From positions 1 to 64,000 of the forward strand of contig LVLI01000251.1 in NCBI GenBank assembly GCA_001687465.1: 64,000 bases of DNA, given 5' to 3'. Below the pieces are notes generated by a model, which saw only the letters and a program-made list of their open reading frames with translations, searched no databases and was not told where the DNA came from. Origin of the DNA: Halocafeteria seosinensis (Eukaryota). Positions 1-12,043 of this stretch are shown here, one piece after another. The position numbers were made by a program, and so were the translations under genes. Numbering within the stretch: the stretch's first letter is position 1; each line of letters begins with the position of its first letter.

Positions 1-800
1 CACTATTAGACGCCGTTCCCGTCATCGTCTGACACGAGATACTCGAAGAGGTTCGACTGACGGTATTACTCGCAGTATTACTACTCGTTGGAGTCTCTGT
101 ACTGGACGCTGTTCCCGTAGTCGATGGAGTCCTGGTGACGCTACTACTAGCCGTCTCCGTAGCGGTCACAGAGCTAGTAGGAGTCTCACTATTAGACGCC
201 GTTCCCGTCATTGTCTGACTCGAGGTACTCGAAGGGGTTTGACTGACGGTATTACTCGCAGTATTACTACTCGTTGGAGTCTCTGTACTGGACGCTGTTC
301 CCGTAGTCGATGGAGTCCTGGTGAAGCTACTACTAGCCGTCTCCGTACCGGTCACAGAGCTAGTAGGAGTCTCACTATTAGACGCCGTTCCCGTCATCGT
401 CTGACTCGAGGTACTCGAAGGGGTTTGACTGACGGTATTACTCGCAGTATTACTACTCGTTGGAGTCTCTGTACTGGACGCTGTTCCCGTAGTCGATGGA
501 GTCCTGGTGACGCTACTACTAGCCGTCTCCGTACCGGTCACAGAGCTAGTAGGAGTTTCACTATTAGACGCCGTTCCCGTCATCGTCTGACTCGAGGTAC
601 TCGAAGGGGTTTGACTGCCGGTATTACTCGCAGTATTACTACTCGTTGGAGTCTCTGTACTGGAAGCTGTTCCCGTAGTCGATGGAGTCCTGGTGACGCT
701 ACTACTAGCCGTCTCCGTACCGGTCACAGAGCTAGTAGGAGTTTCACTATTAGATGCCGTTCCCGTCATCGTCCGACTCGAGGTACTCGAAGGGGTTTGC
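1..800. repeat. 186-bp tandem repeat (about 4.3 copies visible) encoding a 62-aa Ser/Thr-rich mucin-like unit on the minus strand
   Basis: CACTATTAGA recurs at 1, 187, 373, 559 and 745. Minus-strand translation: TPSSTSSQTMTGTASNSETPTSSVTGTETASSSVTRTPSTTGTASSTETPTSSNTASNTVSQ. Confidence 0.95.
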
Positions 801-3800
801 CTGGGGCTACTGCTGGCAGTTTTTGTTGCCGGGTGTGTCATTGGCATGGATGGCGTGCAGGTTGCAGTGTTACTTGGAGTAGGACTTGATGTTGCACTGC
901 CTGTTGAAGAGATAGATTCTGGTGCAGTAGGTGGACTTGTCGATGTTGCTGTAGTACGTGTTGACTGAGTCGGAGTCTCCCAGGCGGGTCTTGCCGGTGT
1001 TGCACGCGGAGTAGTCTGGGAGACGGTGGGAGTAACAGGGGCACTAACCGAGACGGTAACAGAGGTAGAAAGAGTACCTGTAATTGAAGGGGAAGGGGAC
1101 AGCAATTGCTCCGGGTCATCTTCTCGCAACAAGTCAAACGTAGAGCTAGGGCTGACGGTAGGATTCGATGAGGGAGACGGAGAAGGCTCGGAGGGTAAGG
1201 TCGTATCTAAACACTCTTCAATCAGGGCATCGAGCGCAGAAGAAACGGTTCCTGTATCACCAACCAGACACACTTCAAACGAGCAGGTTTCAAAATGCGA
1301 CTGTATATCAACCCCGCTTTCATTGCAAAACTGGGCAAAACCACTTATCAATAAGTGCTTCGCACACTTAGATTTGGCTTCATTCCTATCCTCTTCATTC
1401 TCAAACTCGCAATCGTAATTGGGATCTGGCAGGCTACTCGGATTTGGAGAATCTCCAAAATCATCATGGTCATCATCATCGTCTTTATCGTTATCGTCTG
1501 TGGGCGTAACATCTTCTATATCCTCACCTGGATTTGTTTCATCAGGAACTGGCTCTTCCTCATAAACAGCACCACGCTTACACACTAGTGCGTCTTCGTC
1601 ATCACCCCCATTTCCAAGCGAGCAGTTGCCTGCAACTGTGAACCCAATGGATGACTTCGCAGGAATAACAGCGCTTCCATTAAGAAAAAGGTTCTCCTCG
1701 GGGGGCACCAACCATGTCATCGCGAAATCATGGCGGGCGCGGTCTTTTCCACTCGTGCGGCCACCGTACGAATGCCCATCGCTGCCAATGAAATTACGGT
1801 CCTTGTCACCATTCCACAAACCACACAGCCCATTGATACGGTCACGAAATCTACCACCGACGACAACAAATACGTCGAGATAGTGAAATCCTCGCCACGA
1901 GCTCACCTTCACCTCAACTTCACTGTCGTCAGGAAGCGAGAATCGATATTTCGGCGATCCAGAACCAACACCTATGCGGTAAATCTTCATCCCCGCAATC
2001 CCGTTGGGCCAATGTTCGAACGTTAAGGGATTAGTCCGCTTTCGATGGTCCACATGGAGCCCAACAACTTGAGAGCGATATTTCACAAGCACAGCCTGGT
2101 TGCAGGAAACCGTAAAACACTCTACTTGACGAGACTGAACTACGAAGTCTCCATCGCATGAACGGGCAACATAGTAATCTCCTATACCGAAAAAATCATA
2201 TTTCACAGTATTGAAAGTTACCATGTGTGGATCACCCCAACTACGGCAATGTGCCCTTCCTCGTTTCCCATGGTTCATTTGTCACAAAAACTTGTTTTCG
2301 TACACGCGTGGAATCAACGACTTCACCAAATTCCAGTGTATGCCGACTAAAATTACCAGCAGAAACAACAGTCTTCCACTTGCTCACTCCGCCATAGTTA
2401 AGAGCGGTCAAGCTAATATCATGCATAGAGGATCCAGCCGAGTAAGGGTTGGCCTTAGGCGCTATGATCAAGGATTGCCATTGATCCCAGTTATCTTTGT
2501 TGAATATCAATTCACATTTCGACACAGTGAAGAACGAAGCCGAAACTTCATTATCGACAACGACTGAAACATTTCCAAAATGCTCGGGGCGGCTAGACAG
2601 ACGGACTCTTACTATTGACGGAGTTTGATTATCGAGTATTACTTCGTTCCCAGCGCTTTCCGTAGAAATCTCAATATCAGGGTTGCACCTTTCCCACTCT
2701 CGAAGATGAGGACATCCGTGTGAGCCACTTTGAATGGTACGATGACGAATACGCAGAGCCCCTCCAACGTCAGAGGCATTTACGGCGTCAAACAAAGCCT
2801 CAGCGAGCATACACGAAGACCAGTCTGCCACTCGCTCACAACGCAATCCCTAGTTCCACTCTCTCCGAACAATAATGCATGATGCATTTCATCATAAAGC
2901 TTCCGCGTTTCCAATTCACTCAAGGAACGACCATACAGTCGGACATCATGTACTTGAGCGCACATTCGATTGGATCCCGTATGAGATGACGCCCCTATGA
3001 ACAGAGGGGAATTAAGGGCGGGGATTTGTCCGGGCTTTGGAATTTCTCTTTTGGCACAATTTCCATCGACGTACCAAAAAAGCTTCCGAGAACCAGTCTC
3101 ATATTTCAGCACAGTGTGATGCCATTCCTGTAGCGAGGCGCTAGCGACGAAGGATCGAGAACTAGAGCCACTATTTATCTGAACTCGAGAAGCAACATTG
3201 TTCCCTTCGAAATCTTCGGAGCCGTGAATTTCTACAGAACCTGCACCACTTCTCCGCGCATTGCCGTTTCCAACGAAAGTCTGGTCCAATGCTCCCGAGA
3301 GCCGACGATAAAAGATTGATAACGTGAAACCAGAGGTCCAGTTGTAGTTACGTAAACCTGGAACCTCAATGTGCCCATCCCAACATGCCTCCATAACTGG
3401 AAGCCGATAGGAATCGTCAGCGAAACCAAACCGCACATCGCCAATGACAACACCGTCGTTACCACTACCCGATAAGTCGGGGAAATGATCAAGGTCCCCT
3501 TCATGGGGAGCTTGAAACCACAATGGAAGATTATTTGTCAAGTTATGCGGCCGGAGAAATTCCTCATCTACTTCGAAGAACGAGAGGCCGTGACCGCCGT
3601 CGCTATAGAAGATGCCATCATGTCCATGACCACTAATGTCTGCAAGTCCTACGACTTGCTTCGAAGATCGGACATCACCACACTTTGTCGTACTCGGCAA
3701 GTCACTCAACTTGGCCCTCGTAATGTTCCTATCGTAGTACCCAAGTACTAAATATGACAATACATCAGGGTACTCACTTTCCAGTTGTGTCGGAAAAAAT

Positions 3801-5611
3801 TGCAACAATCGACGATCTGGGAGTGGAAGAATGCGGTTCCAGAAATAGATGGATGAGACATACCCCTGGAAAGGGAAGCGATTATCAAGGTATTTACCAC
3901 AATCATACGAGTACAGTTGAGCTAGAGCTGCCACACGCGGCATTTGTCCCACCATCAAGCACGAGTTTCCCGAACGCTGCTTGATTTGCTTTCGAACTGT
4001 CCGATAAATGAGATTGTTCCCGTCAACCTGCACCCTGAGTATAGCCGTTTCTTCGTCATTGTCATTTCTCCAGGACACGAAAATCAAGTGCCATCGACCA
4101 TCATTTATCTCAAAAGTTCCCGCGAAACGCTGACCACGAAGGAACACGTCTACAGTGTTTACCTCAGAGAGAAACACTGTCATTTCATTGGTGGCTATGC
4201 TTTCCGAGGTAAATGAAAGAAGCGCCTGGCTCTTCGTGTTTGTCGTTCTTACCCAACAGGATACGGACAAACCGCTCTCGTGGAAATCAAAGCTGTGCGG
4301 GACCTGGCTTTGGATACGGTTCCCAATCGCAGGCCCATGCAAGAATATCCGGGGAAGGTTTCTGTCAACATGGCAAACCCAACGCGAGTCCAAAAAGGTT
4401 CGTTTATTCGGAATCGAAAACGCGCTCCGGAGCTTGGCACAGTCGTTAGAATTTTCTGTCGAAGATTCACCGTTTATCGAAATCCCTAAGACCTTATCTT
4501 CTCCATCCGGGCGGTTAAAATGATCATGAACATTGAATTTAAATATTCTTTTTGTCCCGTGCTGTCCATCTACTGTCTGGGTGTCTTGTTCCTGCACGAC
4601 GTTGCCCACTACCTCCACGACACCCGCGTCGGCGTTGTATACTCGCACATCTACCTTCGCAGGAAACTCACTTTCTTCGGGAAAGATCGCCCAAACTTCG
4701 CTGCATCCTTTGAACTCGACTTCATTTGAACCATCATCCTCATTTTTATCTTCGTTTGTTCCGTCTTCATCACCATCTTCTTCGTTCTCGGTCTCGTCGC
4801 TTTCAAATTTCCATTCAAGCGTTACTTCCGTGTTGCCCCGCCATTCATAGTAGAGAACCTGTGTCAACGGACCAATTCATAGCTTGCCGGTGCTTAGTAA
4901 CAAACTGCAGGTAACTTGTTCGAAGTGGGCGTACCTCGAAGAGATGCTTCCCCTCGTCCAAAGGGACTTTCGTTGATTTTTCTTTCGCAGAATGCTGGCC
5001 ATCATTGTCAATAGTCTGCAATTAAGCCATACCCCCACCCAGTGTTTGCAAGCGTTGCTTCATGGAACAGGAAACCGAAGCTCGAGATGCTTAAAATGAT
5101 CGATTTGGTTGGTACTTACGAGCTCGCCGTCGATAAAGAGTTTGGAGCCATCATCAGAAGTTAAGTATAGTCTGTAATGTCCCGTTTTCGGTACTTTGAC
5201 GCTACCTTGAAATCGCGCGAAAAAGTACTCATGCGCTCGAGTTCCATCGGAATTAACAGGACCGTCTGGCCAAGCTTCACCATCAGACGTCCTGATGTCC
5301 AATTGATCCCAGACAAAAGTGCTGCGAGTGTCTTCAAGAATCTGCTCCTGCACAGACTCCACTCTCATACCATCTTCCACGTGGTCTCTATTTATTTTGA
5401 AGGCTTCTCCCTTCCATCCCTCTTCACATGCACGGGTGGATCCTAAAATACAGGATACACAAAATAGACTTATACATGCGTAGTGTAGTGTATAGAGGCC
5501 TGGATGCGGGGATTTCAGTGCTCGCAAACCGGGAAGCTTCGTCTGCAGCACCAAATGCAAAGCACAGAGGGTAAACTCAAGGGCTACAAATGCAATAGTA
5601 TTTCGGGACAT
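1..5611 (-). CDS. Giant secreted/surface multidomain protein: PA14, two LamG/pentraxin-like domains, TSP1, vWF type D, Cys-rich (C8-like) region and Ser/Thr mucin-like repeats; runs off the left edge
   Basis: PA14 motif (FQGSVKVPKTGHYRLYLTSDDGSKLFIDGEL|TIDNDGQHS...HLFE|VLYYEWRG) is split by two GT-AG introns near 5119 and 4930. LamG motifs are INDGRWHLIFVSW and EWHHTVLKY...VHDVRLYGRSLS. TSP1 (DCVVSEWADWSSC...RHRTI...C) and vWD (CRSWGDPHMVTFNTVKYDFFGIGDY) are each reached across a 1-nt frameshift (~2828 and ~2249). The 5' end is uncertain. Confidence 0.8.
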
Positions 5612-7002
5612 ACCATGCCTTTTTTCACAGCAGGGAAAGGGCTATAAAGTGGCAAAAAGCAAGGGGCAAGAAACCCAGAGGTGGTTTGTCGCAGCAGGCG
5701 CTCCGGGCGGGAAAACGTCTTGCCTTCTCCTTGATTTTTTTCCCCAAAGCGACTGGATGGGAACCAAGACCGAAAACACTGCGTGTAAGTTGACATACAG
5801 AGCGACGCACACCAGACCTAAGAATCAATTCCGTTACACTTGCCATCTGCTGTGCAGACCAGGGCATATCTCCGTAACTCCGTCCCAAAAAGAGCCGTTG
5901 CGGCGAGACCCGAGATCAACCCTCCGACACAGAGGCTCATTCAAGGAGAAGCAGGGCTGCTCCTTTTTCCCGGGATGTATGGAGCATCCCCACCTCGGCA
6001 ACGTCGATATATTTAGTTGCAGGTTAGCTCCTTCACGGATAGAGTACATCCAACAATTCCGGGGTTCCTCACCCGCTCGTTGCTTTTCTTCAGCTACAAA
6101 GATGCCTTACAAAGGATTCATTGTTTCAATAGTTGCCAAGATACATAGCGTGCATCGTCCCTTGTAATTGTCCCTTGTAATTTATATGGTAGGTCGAGTT
6201 GCACTTTTGATTGGAATTGCCAGCCTGCAATGCAGTGAATCACTGTACTGCTACAAGTAGTTGTAGCTCTTGAAGACGGGTCGACCAACAGCGAATAGCC
6301 TTCCGGTGGGCTTAGAAACTATGAATTGAGAAAACACGGGAAATGTTCCATGATTTCAAACTACCTCCCAGCTGAGCTGCACGGGATCTTAGCAGTCTGT
6401 ACATTTTGGAGGCACTCCCCAACTTCCAGCGGTACTAAACGGCAGGCAAAAGCAGCTACTCCGATGCCACCTGAACACAACTAGTGTGGCGTCTCCGTAC
6501 CCAACGCACGTCAGCGGTACTGAAGGAACAACGGACCCGTCGCTGCTTGTGCCTAGCACGGGTGAATATCGCTCCTCGCTAAGAGGGGGTGCGGTGTGTG
6601 TACTTCCAGAATTCCAGTATTTTCCAGTAACAGTATTCTCACCACTTATATTATGAAAGTTATGAGGAGTCCGGTACAAATGGTTGTACGAGCACTGCAG
6701 TAGCACCAAGTCAGTGTACAAATCCACTTGACGTGGTATTCCAATGGGAATTTAAAACCAAAACGTTACCTCTTGCCTTTCGTACTTTACCAATAATCGT
6801 GCCCACGGAACATGACCATGGTTCGAATGATGTTCTTCCTCAAACAAAGTCTGGTACGTACGCCCATGAGTGCATCATATCATCGTCATCATGCATGATG
6901 CATTAATAATGGGAAAAAGGAATCGATCCCACCGACGTGGTAGTGCGATCCTGCGACCGAGAATTGTTGGTTGATTGCTTCATGACCGCCAAGCATGCCA
7001 CA

Positions 7003-7563
7003 ATGAATGATAAGAACTATACTGCAGACAATACTAATGATAGTGCTGCTACTGGTGACGACACCAGTGGTAGCATGAGGTCCTTCACGGCCACTGAGGA
7101 TAACGATGGGGGAGGAAGTGGGTCCAATACGCATTCCAAAGCTGCTTTTTCATCGCATGGGGCTGCTCAGATCGATATGGATGAGATTCAGCACGAATTA
7201 AAGACGGCTGTGTCGAAGGAGGAGGAGTACAGAGCCGTGGATGACATGAAAAAGCGAGCGATTCACACCGCTGAGAGCTACGAGGACTTCAAAAACAAAG
7301 TTGCATGCGCTACAATGAAGCCTGTTTCGCGCAAAGAGATGGAAGGACTCCATAATATGAACCCCCGAGATAGGCAGTCGCTCAACTCAGCCATTGCCGG
7401 GAACTGGAAACATGCCGTTGAAAATGACTTCACGCGACGCCGGTACCAATACAGCACCACGAGTGGTGGAAGTGGAGGGGGAAGTGAGGAAGCACAGGCC
7501 GAAAACACCACGACTGCAACGTCTCAACCACCAAGGCGAAAGCGAATTGGACGAAAGAGATGA
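7003..7563 (+). CDS. CCDC103: Dynein attachment factor N-terminal domain protein (CCDC103/PR46b-like)
   Basis: IDMDEIQHELKTAVSKEEEYRAVDDMKKRAIHTAESYEDFKNKVACATMKPV matches the Dynein_attach_N consensus. The start codon is uncertain and no C-terminal RPAP3-like domain was recognised. Confidence 0.75.
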   Translation: MNDKNYTADNTNDSAATGDDTSGSMRSFTATEDNDGGGSGSNTHSKAAFSSHGAAQIDMDEIQHELKTAVSKEEEYRAVDDMKKRAIHTAESYEDFKNKVACATMKPVSRKEMEGLHNMNPRDRQSLNSAIAGNWKHAVENDFTRRRYQYSTTSGGSGGGSEEAQAENTTTATSQPPRRKRIGRKR

Positions 7564-7619
7564 GTGCTGCGCTACTTCTTTTTTTGTGGAATTGTGTGTT
7601 ATTCTTACGACGACAAAGA

Positions 7620-9899
7620 TCAGGATGAAGATGACGTTTGCCATAAACATGTCCATCGGTTGGGATCTTGAGGATGGGGAATATACCATGCCGTTTGGGA
7701 GTTATTTGGCTGCATGCGATGCGAGAAAGCAAGCGGAAAGTCGAACGATACTTTACGCTTGCAGTTGAAACGGCTGCCAAAGCTCTGTATGTGAAAATAG
7801 CATTGATGACGTTCTCTCCATTTGAGGAAATTCTTGGGAGATAGCATTTGAAAATGATGGTCGCGCATTTGATCATTCGTCACAACTACACAGTCCTTCC
7901 CAGACCACAAACTCGCATAGAGCCAGTACCAATCGTCATTATTTCCCCGTTGACATTCATATAATACACCCGATTTCCTCCATTTCCGTGTGCACTCTTC
8001 AATATACTTTGATTTCCAAGCTGGGGCACTCTCACCTTTGGGTTTTGCTGCATTCCCTTCTCCACGCACATGAACTCTCCAAGGATTTCGAGGGTACCTA
8101 TCAGTCGCTGAGGGGCCACCACAGCCATCATGCTCATGTGCTCTCTCCTGCTCAGCAGATTTCTCTTGTGGAGGCTGAGTTGCACTGAAGCTACTCGATG
8201 TGGATGCCCCCTCGTAAGACCGCTTGCGTGCCTGTTTCTGCTCAGTAGCAAAACTCAGCCACTTGTTATGCAAAACGAGCAGTACCTTTTTGTTTTCATC
8301 AATGAAATGCTGAACAACATCATCGACTTGTAAATGGTGAAACCCTCCACCTGAGAAGTTTTGGTTAAAGAAGGCGACGTTGGCGCCATCTATTATCACG
8401 TCGAACTTTCCCTTCCGCTGAAGCCAACGCTTGAAGTTGTCGAACTGCATTGAAGTACGCTTATTTTTCCCTGCGAGAACGCTAACTTCCTTTAACATTG
8501 TATTCGTCTCTTCTTCAGTCAAATCCAGAGACTGCAAGTAGTCCCCTGTAGCTGGAACAAATCCATCAGCCCCTACAACGCTTTGCTCTGCTGCCCAGGG
8601 CGCATGCATAGGACCTGCACCTAATGTCATTGCTTTCACAATAGTATCATGAAATGCCACCGAGGGAGTGTAGTGATAGTCCATGGCAATCTCCATTAGC
8701 TGATGGCAGCGTTGCCTCCAAGTGACCGAGTTATCCTTATGAGACGGTCCGCGGCAGCCCGCGAGCACATCCTGAATGCTTAGACTCTGAGCAACGAATT
8801 CGAGATCTCCATAAAGTTTTGCTCTTTGATAATAAGCATAAATAACATAGCCGATATTCGCTTCAGATGGGTATAACTCTTCGCGCGTAAGCAGGTCTTG
8901 CAACAAGCCATCCGCGCGCATCGGCTCTCCTTGGCTTCCCAGCATAGCAATCAGCGGAGTAAACGTCCTCAGCCTTGGTTGCACTCCATAGTCGAGCATA
9001 GTTTTAAATACATTCAGAGCATCATCCTTTCGATCCAGAATGCAGAAAAGCCGGGCAAATAAGGACCACAGATTTTCTTTACTGTTTTTCGGTGCACTCT
9101 GAGAACTATGCTTCTCCAGTTTCTCGTTCTCAAGAGCTTGGATGTATTTAGTGTGTTCAAACAATGCATCCACCACCGTAATAAGTTCCTTCAGAGATAG
9201 CTTCGTATTCACAGGTCCTCGACGTCGATGGCTGGCCACAGCGGTCACTACAGGAGTTGGAAACAAGGGCAACGACAGCGTGACCATTTCACCTTGACTA
9301 TTTTCCTTTCGTACTTCTGCCGTATACGATCCGCCCCCACTGTGTAAACAAGGGGAAGGCGAAGGAGCGAATAAAGCGGCTGCTTCGGCACAAATGCTCA
9401 CTACCACCGAACATAAGTCCGCCGTCAGTGGTATCGACCTCCTCTGAAGCTGCTGCTCCTGCTGTTCCTCTCCACCATCGTCGTAGCAGTAGCTACTTGC
9501 GGTCATCGTTGCGGGCAGATCAAATGTCGTATAGGTGTGGACCAAGCGTAATGCTTGGTCCAGGTCACTGACCCGTGCGCATTCATTCAATAAGCGTCGG
9601 AAGTATTTAAACTGAGGAGAGCTCTGCGTATGTACCACTTGAGGCTTCTTCTCCTTCACGAGCACTTCCTCCCCCTCGTGCTGCTGTTGCTGTGGTTGAG
9701 GGATTTCCGCGGACATCATCCTTATCCTTGTAATTATGGAAGTGGAGTCGTGGAAAAGCGGTGGCGCGACCCTGAACGACCTCAATGGCGAGAAACGTAA
9801 TACGACTGCTTTATATTTGCTCAGACGCCAACTACAACCTCGATGCATGACGCGTACCCCATGAATCACTCTTCGAGTGAAATTTTGATTTTTATGCAC
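7620..9899 (-). CDS. PRORP: Proteinaceous RNase P (PPR repeats plus NYN metallonuclease domain)
   Basis: PPR-like DALNVFKTMLDYGVQPRLRTFTPLI, and NYN motifs FDVIIDGANVAF, NDDWYWLYA and VVTNDQMRDHHF. The true start may be downstream of 9899. Confidence 0.92.
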   Translation of the reverse strand: MHKNQNFTRRVIHGVRVMHRGCSWRLSKYKAVVLRFSPLRSFRVAPPLFHDSTSIITRIRMMSAEIPQPQQQQHEGEEVLVKEKKPQVVHTQSSPQFKYFRRLLNECARVSDLDQALRLVHTYTTFDLPATMTASSYCYDDGGEEQQEQQLQRRSIPLTADLCSVVVSICAEAAALFAPSPSPCLHSGGGSYTAEVRKENSQGEMVTLSLPLFPTPVVTAVASHRRRGPVNTKLSLKELITVVDALFEHTKYIQALENEKLEKHSSQSAPKNSKENLWSLFARLFCILDRKDDALNVFKTMLDYGVQPRLRTFTPLIAMLGSQGEPMRADGLLQDLLTREELYPSEANIGYVIYAYYQRAKLYGDLEFVAQSLSIQDVLAGCRGPSHKDNSVTWRQRCHQLMEIAMDYHYTPSVAFHDTIVKAMTLGAGPMHAPWAAEQSVVGADGFVPATGDYLQSLDLTEEETNTMLKEVSVLAGKNKRTSMQFDNFKRWLQRKGKFDVIIDGANVAFFNQNFSGGGFHHLQVDDVVQHFIDENKKVLLVLHNKWLSFATEQKQARKRSYEGASTSSSFSATQPPQEKSAEQERAHEHDGCGGPSATDRYPRNPWRVHVRGEGNAAKPKGESAPAWKSKYIEECTRKWRKSGVLYECQRGNNDDWYWLYASLWSGKDCVVVTNDQMRDHHFQMLSPKNFLKWRERHQCYFHIQSFGSRFNCKRKVSFDFPLAFSHRMQPNNSQTAWYIPHPQDPNRWTCLWQTSSSS

Positions 9900-11128
9900 C
9901 TAGACATTTGTACAACAAGTACCGATACAGCTACAGTTGGGGTCACTATGAGCTTTTGTGAAGGTCGTGGTCGCTAACTTCACTGAGTTGTACTTCAGTA
10001 ACCAGGTTATTGTGACAGGATCCAGGAATTTCCATATATGAAGAAAAAATATGGCAGTGAAGTCTTGAGGGAGACGAGTGAACAAAGATTTGCTGCGACT
10101 AAGGGATGGGAAAAAGACATATGTTTTAATGTTATACTCTCTAGTAGGTATCACATGATACCCGTACGATGGATGGATTCCCCCACCTACCTCAAGCAAA
10201 ACTACCCAGGTAGTACAGACGCATTCGGCAGTGCCAATAGTGTAGGAACAGTAATCCCGTATCTCGCTATAAGTACGTAATATGTCCATCTCCATTCCAC
10301 TCAGCTGCTCGCTCCAGCACATCACATCGAACCATAAATTGCTGGCATCCCCGTGGAAAACTCAGGTCAAAAAAGTACCGAATCCTTTATGTACTAACCA
10401 TATGCTAAATTCTTTTCAAGCAACAAACAAGATAAAGCTTGCTTCATCGCCCCTTCTGTGTGATGAAAGCATAGGCCATGTCATGCAACAATACATCAAC
10501 GTGGGGAAACACTTTGGGTCAGCTCCGCAAACTTAAACTCGAACAAAATTAGGACCATCAAGCAGAACATATGAACAACTAAACAAACAGGTTAAGCCTG
10601 TTCTCGCAATCATCCGCTCCTGATGAAGAACCTCCCGAAACAACGCTACACGAAATGAAAGGAACAAAATCGGCAGTAGGGGAACATTTTAGGTTAGTCC
10701 TCTCTAATCAATCCATTTTCACCAGTTCAAGAAGTAAACTCACAGTACCGTCAGAAACTGGACGATAGACTCGGCAATGACTCGCGCCGAAATTGGTGCG
10801 TTGACCGCTCTAAGTCGTTGGAGTTTCCGACTTAGTTCGCAATCAGTTCATGGGCAACATCGAAATGCACATTATTTCGAAATTGACTTTGGATCTCCAC
10901 GCAGTCGAGAATCCCCAGTTGATACGAACAACATCCCTTGTTTGGACGGCCAGTAACTTCACTGCAACAACGAATTGCTGGCTTCACCCATGCAGACGGT
11001 TGGCCAACTGCTGTACAGAAAGCAAATTTGATGCTAATATTTCTATCACCCTCGTACGAATAACTCTGCGCGATTCATCTGTGGAGTGTACTGGGCTGTG
11101 CTATGACACGTTGACACCTCCACTTGCT

Positions 11129-12043
11129 TCAGGTACCCCGATTCACTGAAGCGCCACCCGGAGTTATGTCCTCTTGCTGTTGGATTGCAACAGCTTCTGA
11201 CAAGGAGCACAGAGGTGAAACATAATTCTGTTTTACTTCACCGTTCATATTTCCTCCAACTGATCTTCCGTGAATCGACAACATTTGATCACGAGGCCCC
11301 AATCCCATCATCAGTCGGACAATCCGCTCGTGCTTGATTCTCAAGTGCAAACTCAAAGCAGATAGTGTTCCATAGTCCCTTTTGCAGAGCGTACATTCAT
11401 AAGGACGCTGTATATCCTTCGCGGAGGCTCTGTAGGTTTTTTCAAACCCGATTTAAAAGAGAGAAGCCAACGGCTAAACCAAAACAGAAGAATTGCACAA
11501 CACTGACTGAAATTGTAAGACGCACCTGGAAGGTTTCCGTGAAGAGGCACCCTTGGTTTGAGCTTTTCCCCCTCCACCCTGTCTATAAGGATTCGGTATT
11601 ACAGTGTCTGATGCAGCGGTCGCCGTGAGAACCGACCTCTGTTGTGCCGTTCGTGAGATGGGGGTTAAAGAGCCCGTTGGTGTTTCATTCCTTGCGGACC
11701 TTCCCCAGCTCGTAGGTTGTTGGCTACTGTAAGGCTTTGCATAGGCGTATGGCGTCGACTGAGCTCCTGAGTGTAGTAATGTCCTTGAAGCCCAAACCGG
11801 GCTGGGGTTGCGATGTTCAACTTTTTCCGTAAGAATGAAAGTATTGTTCCCTACCGCTTTCTCTCTGCTGAGGATACCGCTCATGTGAGTTCGGCGCGGT
11901 ACCTCCCCGCTTACTTGATTTTGTAGTAGACCCATAGAAACTGGTAGTGGATGGTCATTCCTGGTGTTAACCAAAGGCAGGCGACGCATGCGCCTTTGCT
12001 CAGTCGGCGCCCTTTGCTCAGTCGGCGCGCCACGCAAATCCAT
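11129..12043 (-). CDS. C2H2 zinc-finger protein, paralog 1 (2 exons)
   Basis: Exon 1 is MDLRGAPTEQR...KPS, then a GT-AG intron at ~11433-11525. Exon 2 reads RPYECTLCKRDYGTLSALSLHLRIKHERIVRLMMGL...HGRSVGG. Confidence 0.8.

Noticed and set aside
239..889. Arg/Ser/Thr-rich 216-aa plus-strand ORF
   Set aside because: It is the antisense shadow of the minus-strand mucin repeat, which is contiguous with the vWD gene.
10282..10536. CxxHxLN motif reminiscent of hAT/MULE transposases
   Set aside because: A single short motif with no other transposase motifs or termini recognised.
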